From positions 15,748,001-15,812,000 of the forward strand of contig OX597816.1 in assembly GCA_951406725.2 (NCBI GenBank): DNA of 64,000 nt, written 5' to 3'. Each line of letters opens with the position of its first letter. Position 1 is the stretch's first letter. The notes beneath the pieces were generated by a model. The model was given only the letters and a program-made list of their open reading frames with translations. It was not told the origin of the DNA and ran no database searches. The translations under genes and the position numbers were made by a program. Of the stretch, positions 1-12,662 are shown one piece after another. The DNA is from Octopus vulgaris (taxonomy: Eukaryota).

Positions 1-1388
1 TTTTGTTGAGCTTTGTTCCACATCACAGCATGTGACTTAATGTCTTGTGACACCACATTTTATAGTTCTCTTCTTTTCACTATATTTACAGATAACTGTT
101 CCATGTTATTTTTTTTTATCTTTTTTCCTTTTTTTTTATATTTCTTCTTTGGCCTCGTTTGAACAAATAATTGTTACAAATCCCTGATGAGGCATTTTCC
201 ACTTCTCTTTGATGTTTTTCTTTTCATATTTTTTGTTATTTTTTTTGTTTCATTTTTTTTTTTTCTTTTCTATTTTTATATATAAAGTCAGAGTGTGTTA
301 AAAAGATAGAAAATTGTTGTTCTAGCTATAAATATACATATATCATCTTAAGCTCTTCTGGAAGCATTTTTATAATTATTTATTTTTTTCATCCATTCCA
401 ACTTTTAGGGCTCCTTTAGGTCTACCATATTTTTTGTCTGTTCATCTACTAGGAATTTCTCTAACACAAAACAAGACAAGTGAAAAATTTAACTGACATT
501 TGAGATCAGATCTATATATGTGTATATATGCTTTGTATTTGTGTTTGTCCACCGTGTTGACTATCCACACTTATATAGCAGCAATATTGTATAATTATCA
601 AACATAATTGGAGTTTGGGTAAAGTATAGGTGGTACATGGTCTATAATTACAGTCTGTTGTTGAAAAGAGAGAGGAGGCAGGAAAGAAAAAGAGCTATTG
701 ACATGGGGTCAATTACATCCCCCAATTACTAATGTGGCTTATTTTATATGAAGAAACAGTTTCATGTCCAGAGACTTAATTTTTATGGCATGTAAGGATG
801 GAGGTTGTTGGGCAATATTTATTTCATTTTCTTCATCGTTGTCCAGAATACAGTAATGAGTGTAGGGGGGCATGGGCAGGGAATTATGATTGATGCTAAT
901 TTTCGTTCTGTTTCCATATTTGATTACTCGGTCACCACCACCAGCAACATCTACCGCTGCTGCCACTACCACTGCTCCACCATCGTCCCATTCTTCTCTC
1001 TCTCTCTCTCTCTCTCTCTCTTCTTCTCTAAGCCATTATGTCGGCAATATTAGAACTAAAGGTTCGTTAAGAGAATTAACCGTACAGAATATTTTAAAGA
1101 ACATGTAGATGGTGTTTAATGGTATTTAATATCTAAAGAGCTAGAACGGGATCAAAGACAAGATTTTCATCAATAGCACCCTCTCTTTTGTAACAATGTT
1201 GCAACACCCATAATCGTTGCTACCATTAGCAACAGACTTAATTTATTAGAAAATTGGTCACACTGTCAGATATAATTCTGCTGAATATGAACCATGTGTT
1301 TCTATAGCAAATACAAGCTCACTTTCACACACACATACACTCAAAAGATTTAGAGAAAATTGGATACTGTATCTCTAATTATGTTTAG

Positions 1389-1730
1389 TGAAGGTGCATG
1401 GCTCAGTGGTTAGAGCATCGAGATTATGATCATGAGGTTGTGAGTTCAAATCCGAGACTGGGCTGCGTGTTATGTTCTTGAGCAAGACACTTTATTTCAC
1501 GTTGCTCCAGTTCACTCAGCTGTAGAAATGAGATGCGATGTCACTGGTGCTAAGTTGTATCAGCCTTTGCCTTTCCCTTGGATAACATCGGTGGCATGGA
1601 GAGGGAAGGCTGGTCTTCCATAAAAAAAAAAACCTGTTTTTGTGTTTGCAGGTGAGGCAACTTTCTGCCCAGACTTGTACCCCAGAGGGGGGAACCTCTT
1701 AGGTGCACCCATGATCGTTCGTGACTGATG
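1389..1730 (+). mobile_element. tRNA-derived SINE family C
   Basis: Head gcatggctcagtggttagag (A box), gagttcaaatcc (B box), gttcttgagcaagacact core. Related copies near 8155-8462, 31080-31360, 34630-34875, 41521-41790, 44310-44560, 46840-47093, 48498-48722 and 59995-60294. Confidence 0.8.
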
Positions 1731-2295
1731 GAGTCAAGTAATTATGTCTACATGTGTGGAGAAGCTGTTCCAGTGAACACCAGTGATTCTGCTTCAGTTC
1801 CAGAGAAAATTACTGGTACCTACTTGAATATCATGATAAGAACTTTATTTATATCATATTCTCCACAAACACACATAATAAACTCTGTGTGTCCGTGTGT
1901 CCCCCATAGCACAGATTGACAACTTGTGTTGGGTTGTTCACATTTTCTCTGGGGTAGATTTGATGGAATGAAACCTTCCAAGGCAATGCTCCAGCATGGC
2001 CGCAATCCCTTGACAGAAGCAAGAAAAAGCATAAAAGAAAGTTTAAAGAAGTCAGAGTGATGAGGAAAGTAGCGATTCAGGGGAACAAATTCAGTTGTTG
2101 AGTGATAAGTCTATTATTGTTATTCTCCTGAAAGGTTTTTTGTGATGGTGTCATGTTGTTACTTGTGAGCTTTACATGCAACTATTTCTTTTTGCTCAGG
2201 GGCCCATGGTGGAGGGTAAAGTAAAACACAACGGCCCAGGTTTGAGTGGGTTAATGAAGAAATGGAAAAGTCAGTTTAATGTTAAATAGATTTAA

Positions 2296-2517
2296 CCCTT
2301 TAGCAATTAAACTGGCCATATCTGGCCAAAAGTATTATGCCTGTTTTATGTTCAAACTGGCCAGATCTGATCTCTCACACCAACCCTACAATATCGTTTT
2401 AAAAATTAATAGCTACCTCATTGAAATCTCATAGCTACAAGATAATGCGTGATTAGTTCAAAACAATGTGGATAAAAAAGGCATTAATTTTAGTAGAATA
2501 ATGTGAACACTAAAGGG
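2296..2517. mobile_element. piggyBac-type MITE
   Basis: TTAA|CCCTTTAG...CTAAAGGG|TGAA termini; homologous body at 45826-46458 and 31420-31525. Confidence 0.7.
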
Positions 2518-2518
2518 T

Positions 2519-2722
2519 GAAATGACTGTCTACATCTTTTGTAATACGTGTAAGGATTATGTAATGTTATATAATAAATTTGAAACCAATTTACTTCATC
2601 AGACATTTTCATCTCAATTTTCCATCGATTGTAAGCTGAGATGGAAATGTCAGATAAAGTAAATTAGCTTCAAAATTTATTACAAAACCATATATGAATA
2701 CGAAATGTATGGCCCGTCATTG
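2519..2722. repeat. Imperfect palindromic (foldback/MITE-like) element
   Basis: aatttacttcatcagacattttcatctca pairs with tgagatggaaatgtcagataaagtaaatt; symmetry continues outward with mismatches. Confidence 0.6.
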
Positions 2723-3427
2723 AAATGTACAGAACATTAAAATGACTTCATTCCTTCATAAAAATTATATATATATATATACACTCATGCACTCACACAA
2801 AATGACAAATCTTTTAGAAGATTTTATACAGTGTATGCACTTTCACTGTTTACAGCTTTTCAAACACACTTGTTTTGGAGTAATCCAATTAAAGGGAGAT
2901 TTTCTAAACACACACGCATGGGTACACACATCACATATTATCATTATCATTTTACATGGCTTTCCACGCTGGCATGGGTTGGATGGATTTTTATGGTAAA
3001 AGTCAGTTTTTATCCAAAATCACTACCCTCTGAGATGGGTCAGAGAATCACTTCTCACTTGCTTACATTCCATTTTGGCATTTTTAAAGTGTTCCTTTAA
3101 GCCAGCATATTTATATACCCCTTCCTGATGTTAAAAACCTCACATTCCTTCAAGGATTAGTATATAACCCAAGGTCAATTGTGTGACATGTTGAGAAAGG
3201 CATGTTTGAAATGAGGCCTTCTTGAAGATGGTACACCTTGAGAGATCACTATGGCAGAAGCATCAGTCTTCGCCAACCAACTTCAGGAATTTGTTGGTCA
3301 TTTTGAAGTAAATTTGTAATATTTGCAAACTACATGCATAATAGTAAAATCACAGCCAAGATCTGTCAGGTGACCACAAGTGCCAGCTTTAGATGAAAAA
3401 TCCTAATATACAAAAATCCTAACATAG

Positions 3428-3593
3428 GTGTAGGTGTGGCTGTGTGGGAAGAAAGTTGCTTCCCAGCCTCATGGCTCTAGGTTCAATCCCACTGTATGGT
3501 ACTTCAAGCAATTGTCTTCTGCTAAAACCCAGGGCTGACCAAAGCTTTGAAGTGGATTTGGGAGAGGAAACTGAAGGAAGCCTGTTTTATATG

Positions 3594-3628
<35 letters not shown>

Positions 3629-4040
3629 CGGGAAGCTTTATGAAAATAAACAAAAGACGAAGGCAGGTGGAAAACAAACGAACAATTGTATTAGTATGGC
3701 GCTCAGGAAATATAAATAAAACAAGTCTTTAACGTTTCGAGCCTACGCTCTTCAACAGAAAGATACACAGAGAGAGAAAAACACATATATATATATATGT
3801 GTGTGTGTGTGTGCGTGTGCATGTATTATGTAGATATGTGTGTGTGTGTGTCTTTGTGTCTGTCTGTCCACCACTACCACCACTTGACTACCAGTGTTAG
3901 TGTGTTTATGTCCCTGTAACTTAGTGGTTCAGCAAAAGAGACTGATAAAATAAGTACCTGGCTTAAAACAAAATAAGTGCTGGTGTCAATTTGTTCAACT
4001 AAAATTCTTCAAGGTGGTGCCCCAGCATGGTCACAGTCTA
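3428..4040 (+). mobile_element. tRNA/CORE-like SINE family A, interrupted at its internal (TA)n
   Basis: tggctgtgtgg A box, ggttcaatccc B box; collinear with cleaner copies at 31826 and 62148. Confidence 0.75.
3628..3782 (-). mobile_element. Repeat with minimal hammerhead-like core (Penelope-associated type), copy 1
   Basis: Minus strand tTGAAGAgcgtaggctcGAAAC at 3734-3756; homologous copies at 17781 and 54118. Confidence 0.55.
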
Positions 4041-4140
4041 ACAACCGAAGATAGAAAGTATAGAAGCTGTCTGCAATGATGAGCTTTTCAGCTTGCCACT
4101 TATTGACATTGAGGACAGAACTTCCATTGTTTGGCCTTTC

Positions 4141-4366
4141 TACTCTTTACTCTTTTACTTGTTACAGTCATTTGACTGTGGCCATGCTGGAGCACCGCCT
4201 TTAGTCAAGCAAATCGACCCCAAGACTCATTCTTTGTAAGCCTAGTACTTATTCTATTGATCTCTTTTGCTGAACCACTAAGTTATGGGGACGTAAACAC
4301 ACCAGCATTGGTTGTCAAATGATGTTGTGGGGAACAAACAGACACACAAACATATACACACACACA

Positions 4367-4402
<36 letters not shown>

Positions 4403-4580
4403 CATACATGTATACGATGGGCTTCTTTCAGTTTCTGTCAACCAAATTCACTCACAAGGCTTTGGTTGGCCCGAGGCTATAGTAGAAAACACTTGACCAA
4501 GATGTCACGCAATGGGACTGAACCCGGAACCATGCGGTTTGTAAGCAAGCTACTTACCACACAGCCACTCCTATGCCTAT
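4141..4580 (-). mobile_element. SINE family A, full length
   Basis: Reverse complement of the family A consensus, including ccttgg-caagtg core, internal TA/TG repeat and (gtaaaaga)n tail. Confidence 0.85.
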
Positions 4581-5148
4581 GATTAAACAGAAAGTGATAG
4601 CCTCCGCGAGGTTCAGCATGAGACTCCATACAAAATAGAAGGCTCTCACCGATAAGTGGTTACTAATGAGCCAAACTTGCTACAGGACCAAAGAATGGTA
4701 TATTCGACAATCATCAACATGTTCCATTTCTGTAGGGGGAATTATTTTTCCTTGATGCATCTGGAGGAACTGGGAAAACACTTTTAACTAATCTGCACTT
4801 GGCAAAAATTCATCAGATAAAGCAAATTAGACTTATAACTGTTTCTTCTTCTTCTTCATCATCTTCTTCTATTGCTGTAATTCCTCTCTACATTCTGTAC
4901 TATTTATTGAGCTGAAATCCTCTTGTTTTCACAGTGTTTATTTGAATAATTTGATCTTTCAGATTTCTTAATATTTTATGGAAACAAAATGTCTGGGTAA
5001 TCTTTGTAAATGTATGTAACTCATGTTCTTTTCTGAGATGATCCAATTAGCTTTTTGAGATCCAGTAGCTCTAAGATCTCTTATCTTTTATCATTAAACT
5101 GTGGCCATACTGGGGCACTGCCTTGAAAAATTTTTTTAAAGCTATCAG

Positions 5149-5301
5149 TAGGCGTAGGAGTGCTTACCAACCACATGGTTCCGGGTTCAGTCCCACTGCA
5201 TGACACCTTGGGCAAGTGTCTTCTACTATAGCCTTGGGGCGACCAAAGCCTTGTGAGTGGATTTCGTAGACGGAAACTGAAAGAAGCCCATCATATATAT
5301 G

Positions 5302-5338
<37 letters not shown>

Positions 5339-5720
5339 ATATGTTTGTGTGTCTGTATTTGTCCCCACAACATCGCCTGACAACCAATGCTGGTGTGTTT
5401 ATGTCCCCGTAACTTAGCAGTTCGGCAAAAGAGACCGATAGAATAAGTACTAGGCTTACAAAGAATAAGTCTTGGGGTCGATTTCCTCTACTAAAGGTGA
5501 TGTTCCAGCATGGCCACAGTAGAAATAAGTCTCGACATCACTGGTACCAGGCTGTATCGGCCTTTGCCTTTCCCTTGGACAATATCCATGGCATGGAGAG
5601 AGGAAGCTGGTATGCATGAGTGATTGCTGGTCTTCCATAAACAACCTTGCCCAGACTTGTGCCTCAGAGAGTAACTTTCTAGGTGCAATCCCATGGTCAT
5701 TCATGACTGAAGCGGGGTTC
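5149..5720 (+). mobile_element. SINE family A followed by 3' half of family C
   Basis: A body 5149-5520, then sequence matching ~1525-1727. Confidence 0.7.
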
Positions 5721-6482
5721 CGCTGGCGGAACTGTTAGCATAATGGACAAAATATTTTCTTGTATTTCTTCCACCTCATCATGTCCTAAGTTCAAATTTC
5801 ACCGAGGCCAGTTTTGTCCTTCGTCCTTTCAGAGTCCATGAAATAAAATACCAGTTGAACACTAGGTTCAGTGTATTTGCTTAATTCCATCCCCAAAATT
5901 TGCTGGCCTTGACCCAAAATTTGAAACCATTGTTATTTTCTTATGACTATCACATGCTTTATTAGTTAGCAGGGATGTTGTTTTTGTTATCATCATCATC
6001 ATCATTATTATTATCATTATTATTATTATTATTAATAGCATTATTTATAGCACTGATACAAGGCTGCAGTGTCTGGTGGGCTCTATTTAATCATTGGTAT
6101 TTATATTATTGAACTCCACCCCCCACCCCCCCTCCACCGCTACTACCACCACAACCACACTGTAATAATGGCTTCTTACATTGACACAAAGCCAACAAAT
6201 TTACAGGAGATGGAAATATAATCAATCAAATCGACTATCAGTATAATACTGTTACTAATGAGTACGTGACCATGTTGGAAGGAAAAAACAGAGCCGATCT
6301 CACCCAGATTTGAACTCAGAATATTAAGGGATGTAACTAAATATCACAAGGCTTTTTATTTGGCAGTGTACCAATATTGTGAATATAACAATGATCATAA
6401 TAATGATCGTTTTGTAATAGTGAAACAAGGCTTGTAAGTTCATAGTCTATAAATAAAGAATAATATACATACATTATATATA

Positions 6483-6865
6483 CAGGGGTTGGACAAAATA
6501 ATGGAAACGCCTTAAAATTTCAAACAAATTTTAATATAGGGTAGGACTGCCTTTGGCAGTGCAGCTTGAATTCTACGAGGTATGGACTTGTACACAGTTT
6601 GAATTGTTTCCAAAGGATTTTTTGTCCATTCTTCAGCTAAAACAGTTTCTAGTTCTTATTGTGAATGATGGAGGATATCAACTCCTTACTTGTTTTTCTA
6701 AATTGCACTGTAAATGTATCTGAAAAGAAACATCAATATTAGCAAAACATATTAAGCAACACTAATAATAAATCAAAAAACATAAAAATAAACAAGCTTT
6801 TGATGGCTTTATAGATATTTCAAAATTATGATGCTAGGTGTTTCCATTATTTTGTCCAACCCCTG
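6483..6865 (-). mobile_element. Non-autonomous Tc1 element
   Basis: TA|CAGGGGTTGGACAAAATAATGGAAAC...GTTTCCATTATTTTGTCCAACCCCTG|TA perfect 26-bp TIRs; minus strand retains Tc1 C-terminus (KSIPRRIQAA..KGSPT). Confidence 0.92.
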
Positions 6866-7123
6866 TATGTATATATATATATATATATCGTTGCCATCAT
6901 TTAACATCTGTTCTCCATGCTAGCATGGTTCGGATGGTTTGACAGAGGTTGGTAAGGCCAGTAAGGATCCATTGTATGTTTTGGCATGGTTTCTATCACT
7001 GGATTCCCTTCCTAATGCCAACCACTTTATAGAATGTACTGGGTGCTTTTTACATAGCACCAGCACTGACAAAACCCCACACAGCTGGGAACATATATAT
7101 ATACATATATACATATAATCATT

Positions 7124-7355
7124 AAGGCGGCGAGCTGGCAGAAACGTTAGTGTGCTGAGCAAAATGCTTAGCAGTATTTCGTCTGCCGCTATGTTCTGAG
7201 TTCAAATTCCGCCGGGGTTTACTTTGCCTTTCATCCTTTCAGGGTTGATAAATAAAGTACCAGTTTCACACTGGGGTCGATGTACTCAACTTAATCCCTT
7301 TGCCTGTCCTTGTTTGTCTCCTCTATGTTTAGCCCCTTGTGGGCAGTAAAGAAAT
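7124..7355 (+). mobile_element. tRNA-derived SINE family B monomer
   Basis: aaggcggcgagctggcagaa head, gagttcaaattcc B box, gcctttcatcctttc-gggt-gataaa central domain, aaagaaata tail. Other copies at 39128-39362, 43826-44052, 45574-45713, 48725-48954 and 52405-52635. Confidence 0.85.
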
Positions 7356-8013
7356 ATATATATATATAATCATTGTTCTAATGGACAATTTTGCATGCTT
7401 GCACAGGTCAGACAAGATTACATTGAAGCAAGTGCTTTCTATGGCCAGATGCCCTTCTTGATGCCAATATCCACCTGTTTCCAGGCAAGGTTAATAATCT
7501 CTGCCTGGCTATTGCACAATAAACTGTCTGGACATGGCCTTGTAGAGAACTGGAAACAAATGACATCATTTAATTGAAATTTATGTTTTCAGAGAACAGG
7601 AAGCTTGGACATGCCTTAGTGGCAGAATAGAAAAGAAAGGACATTGTCTGTCTGAATAGAGAGGCTTTTCTTAATAATCAACAAATACAATATGTGAAAA
7701 TGGAAAATACAACTTCACTCATACTAACACATGTATACTGACACACACAAACGAGTGGATGTATGTGCACACACATTGATCATTATTGTGAGATAGATAT
7801 GTATTCATTATCATCGTTTAACACCTGTATTCCATGCTAGCAGGGGTTTGATGATTCAACAGAAGCTGGTGAGCCAAAGGCTTGTGCCAAGCACCAATGT
7901 GTAATTTGGCATGGTTCTGATAACTAGATGCTCTTTCTAATGCCAATCAATTTACAGAGTGTACTGGATGCAATTTTTTATGGCACCAACATTATTTAGG
8001 TCACTAAGTGACT

Positions 8014-8048
<35 letters not shown>

Positions 8049-8490
8049 ATAATCATCTAGCAGTGTGTATTTCGCTCATAAACACACACCTCGCCCGGTC
8101 TGAGATTCGAACCTGCAATTCCTCGACTGCAAGTCCACTACTCTAACCACTAGGCCATGTGCCTCCACTTAGGATATTTGGTTCATGATTGTAAAGTCAT
8201 GAGTTCAATCTCTAGGAGTGCATTGTGTCCTTGAGCAAGACACTTTATTTCATATTAATCCAGTCAACCCAGCAGGCAAAAATGACCTCTACCTGTAATT
8301 CAAAGGGCCAGCTTTGTCACATTCTGCATCATCCTGGGAACTACATTAAGGGTACAAATGTCTGTGGAGTACTCAACCAGTTGCACATTAATTTCATGAA
8401 CAGACTGTTCTGTTGATTGAATCAACTGGAACACTCGTCATCATAACTGACGGAGTACCAGTTACAGTTTTTTATATATATATATATATG

Positions 8491-9057
8491 CGAGGGTGAG
8501 TCAAAGAGTAATTCCATTTTGGTTAGGACAGGTATAATTACCAACACAGGAACATGTATCATGCATCAAAATGAAGCTGGTCCTCTGTGGATCACATCCC
8601 TACTTCTCAACATAGTCACAGTTTCTCTCAATAGTAATGTTCCACCTTCGAATGAGAGCATGTATCCCTGCCCGATAAAATTCTATTGACTGTTCTTTGA
8701 GCCACTTCTTCACTACAGTTTTCACTTCTTTGTCACTGGAATAATTTAGCCCCTTCAGACTGTCATCTCTTCAGCCCCATAAAAGAGGGTTTGAAAGGCA
8801 AACATTATTTCAGTGACAAGGAAGTGAAAACTGTAGTGAAGAAGTGGCTCAAAGAACAGTCAACAGAATTTACGGGACACAGATACATGCTTTCATTCGA
8901 AGGTGGAACATTGCTATTAAGAGAAACAGTGACTATGTTGAGAAGTAGGGATGTGATCCACAGAGGACCAGCTTCATTTTGATGTATGACACATGTTCCT
9001 GTGTTGGTAATTATACCTGTCCTAAACAAAATGGCATTACTTTTTGACTCACCCTCG
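8491..9057. mobile_element. Mariner-derived foldback element (two inverted transposase 3' ends)
   Basis: ~255-bp inverted arms starting CGAGGGTGAGTCAAA, in TA context. Encodes LAPSDCHLF..KEGLKGKHYFSDKEVKTVVKKWLKEQSTEF, i.e. the mariner APSDYHLF motif and C-terminus. Confidence 0.92.
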
Positions 9058-9092
<35 letters not shown>

Positions 9093-11858
9093 TGACTGCG
9101 TAAACAATATATATGAATGTGTGTATATATGTGTGATGATGATGGTGTCATAATATAAATTCATATTTCTTTGGTTGTGAAACCTGATACCCAATCCTCC
9201 TGGGGCTTCGACAACTCCCACTAATCAAGACTAATTGTAAATACTTACATTTCAAATACAAATTATTTATGTTTAATTCCTTTGTTATTATATTATTATT
9301 ATTATTATTATTATCAGTTTTGTTTCTCTGTTACATTCTCTCCTTTTTAACTAAACCCTCAGGTGCAAACACTGTGTGCACTTGTCACTTATCTCTTCAT
9401 CCAGTTTAGTTTTTACCCAAGTTGTTGTTGTTTCTTCTACTGATGTTGTTGTCGCTGTTGTTGTTGTGTGCTGTTTATCTTTCCATCTTTTGGGAATTAC
9501 TTACTGGAAGATACCTTATGTATAATGAGTAGTTAATTTATACTGAGTGTGGACTCTTTCATAATTAATGTACACTGGCTCTTTTGGCTAGATCAAGCTC
9601 ATTAGATATAATGCCACTTGGCTCTAATTTGTATGTTGTTGAAGAGGTATAAAAAAAAAAGAGAGAAAGAGGTGGTGAGAGAAAGAAAGTGAGGATGGGA
9701 GATTGACAGAGAGATAGCGAGAGATTGATAGAGTGAATGTGGGTTTGATGGGTGGGGAGAGCTTTCTAGCTTATAATCATGAGTTTCTCAAGTGTAAGTT
9801 GTTTAAACATATGTTGTCATTAATATTCGTGTTGCTGCCAAAGAGACTATGAGAGAGTAAAATCATGGCTATGTTATACATCTATTGGTGTTAGCCAACA
9901 CATACATACATATACAAATATATATATATATATATACATACACATAATCTTATATTTTTGTATACACGCACATACATTACACACACACACACATATATAT
10001 ATATACATCATATTATTCTACTTGATGTAATAAGACAAGTAAACTATATTTCTCTTTTTTGTTTTGGTTTTTTTTAGACGTACATAAATATAGGAACATA
10101 AGTATTAATTTATATTTCATATTTCCTTTTTACCTATTCACATCAGCTACTGACTACATTCATATATTCCTTATATATATACATATATATATTATATCTA
10201 TATATTATATATATATATATATTATATATAAACACATAGACACACATGTAGGCACATATTTACATAATGCTCTCTGACAACCGATTCCTCTTGATTACAG
10301 TTTCCATGGACTATTACACCAAGCATGTCAGAACTAATTCTTCGATATCTTTTGGATATATGTTAACACTGAAGCAAATGTTTCACTTTTGAATAATACC
10401 GAATCATATATATTATTAATGTTATTGTGCACGTGTGTGTTTGCATGCATGTATGTATGTACGTGTATCTCCATATGTATCTGATAGTCATGCATATAGT
10501 ATTTTCTACTTATATGCAAATGTTTTCTTTTCGTTTCATTTTTTTTTTTTTTGTAACATTTTCTCTATTTATGTATTCCTGCGGCTTATAAAAAAACATA
10601 ACAATATTATTTGAAAGAACTCGTAGAGCAACAAACAAGATGCCTTGCAGTGTTTAGCTGCAGTTCATTATGTCCCGAATTCAAATACCACTGAAGTTAA
10701 TTTTGTTTCCATTTTCCCAAGGGCGATAAATAGTATGAAATGCTAAGGAGAGTTCGACAGCAGGAGGTCTTTAGAAAAAAAGCCCCACCACCACCATCAT
10801 CACACAACCCTCCTTACGCAAGTGTTTTGACCCTTAAATCTTACACTTACTAGGGCCAGGTCACATCCAGATCATGACTCTTGGGTACCCTTCTGCTGCC
10901 ACATTCTGTGCTATTGTCTGCATTGCAACCCTCCTGGATGGTTAAGGTGTCCTAGAACCAAAGTGCTTTGGGTATTGTAGCCAGTTCTGGCAAAGATATT
11001 TGACTGTAGGATAAATTATGTTTTCTGAAATTCACTTTCATTCCTCCTAGACCAAAATCCATGCCTACTTATGTCATTGCCTTAAGGGCTCAAAAGAGTT
11101 TAGCACTGGGCTCAATATACATGCCTGCTAAGGTGACAAACTAACAGAATCATTAGCATGCCAGGTAAAATGCTTAACAGTATTTTGTCCTCCTTTACAT
11201 TCTGAGTTCAAATTCTGCCGAGGTTGACTGACACTGCCTTCCATCCTTTCAGCGTAAATAAAATAAAACCAGTTGAGCATTGCGTTTGATGTAACCAACT
11301 TACTCCTCCCCTGAAATTGCTGGCCTTGTGCCAGAATTTGAAACCAATATAAATGACTGTTCCCTCCTCTCAAATTTCTAGTTTTATGCCAATATAAGAA
11401 ATCATCTGCAATTTTTACCCTCCTTGTGAAGATAAGTTTGAGAATTATATTGTGTACATTTATATATTATGATAGGAATAAGAATGTTTATAAAATATTT
11501 GGTGGATTTGTAGAACTATTAGAGCAATGCGCAAAATGTTTTGCTGGGTTGGACATTTTGACTGGGCTGGCATGCTGGAAGGCTGCACCAGACACCAGTC
11601 TGATTTGGCATGGTTTTCTACAGCTGGGTGCCTTTCTTAATGCCAACCACTCTGGGAGTGTAGTGGGTGCTTTTTACATGCCACCGGCACAGGTGCCTCT
11701 GGAGGCTGGCAGTGGATCGGTTGCGTGGCACTGGGATACTTAATTTATTGAGTCTGAAAGGATGAAAGATAAGGTCAACCTCAGTGGAATTTGAACTCAA
11801 AGTGTAAGGATGGACAAAACAGTGCTAACCATTTTGCCCACTTGCCACCTTGATGATG

Positions 11859-11891
<33 letters not shown>

Positions 11892-12389
11892 CCATAGCTC
11901 TGTTCACTCAACAACAAATGCATTATAATAACTTGTTTGGCAAAAGCAACAATTGTATGAGTGGTGTGGGTGGGAGCAGTAATTTTATTTTCCCATTCTG
12001 TTAATTTTACCATCTTTTGTATCCTGAAATAAAAATTTCCATCAGTTATTTCTTTTAGAGTTAAGTTCAAATAACTATTTTATGGCAAGCTAGGTAGACT
12101 TGGATATGGAGAAAATGAAAAAAAGAAAAGTTAATAAAAACGTTATTCTTTGATAAGAATAACATTGTAACTTTAGAACATCACAAGGATTATGATTGAG
12201 GAAATCTTAGGAAGAATGTAAAACTTTTTTTATTCTTTGCTTAATCTAAATCTAGTGCTGTACGCATGCATGTTTGTGATTACACACACACACACACATG
12301 TTTATGTGTATACAGTGTGTGCGTGTATATATATATATATGTATGCATTACATGTATATGTGTGTGTATATATATTTACATATGCAGAT

Positions 12390-12662
12390 GTATGTATGTA
12401 TGTAGATAGATAGAGAGAGAGAGAGAGATAGATAGATAGATAGAGATGGATAGATAGATAGATATGGATAGAGAGATAGATGGATGGATAGATGGATAGA
12501 TAGATGGATAGACAGATAGATGGATAGAGAGAGAGAGAGAGGGAGAGAGAGAGAGAGAGAGATAGATAGATAGAGATGGATGGATGGATAGATAGAGAGA
12601 TAGATAGATAGATAGATAGAGATGGATGGATGGATAGATAGAGAGATAGAGAGAGATAGATA
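12390..12662. repeat. Compound (GATA)n/(GATG)n/(GA)n microsatellite
   Basis: Directly visible. Confidence 0.95.

Larger units (their letters stand above)
3115..4830 (+). pseudogene. Degraded Helitron Rep/helicase remnant interrupted by SINEs
   Basis: GQLCDMLRKACLK*GLLEDG.*EITMAEA at ~3173-3265 and Walker A LFFLDASGGTGKTLLTNLHLAKI at 4742-4810 match Helitron RepHel motifs (EAC..GLLEDD; FFLDAPGGTGKTF). Stops and frameshifts present. Confidence 0.8.

Noticed and set aside
181-200. CTGATGA hammerhead-like heptamer
   Set aside because: No stem II or GAAA partner downstream.
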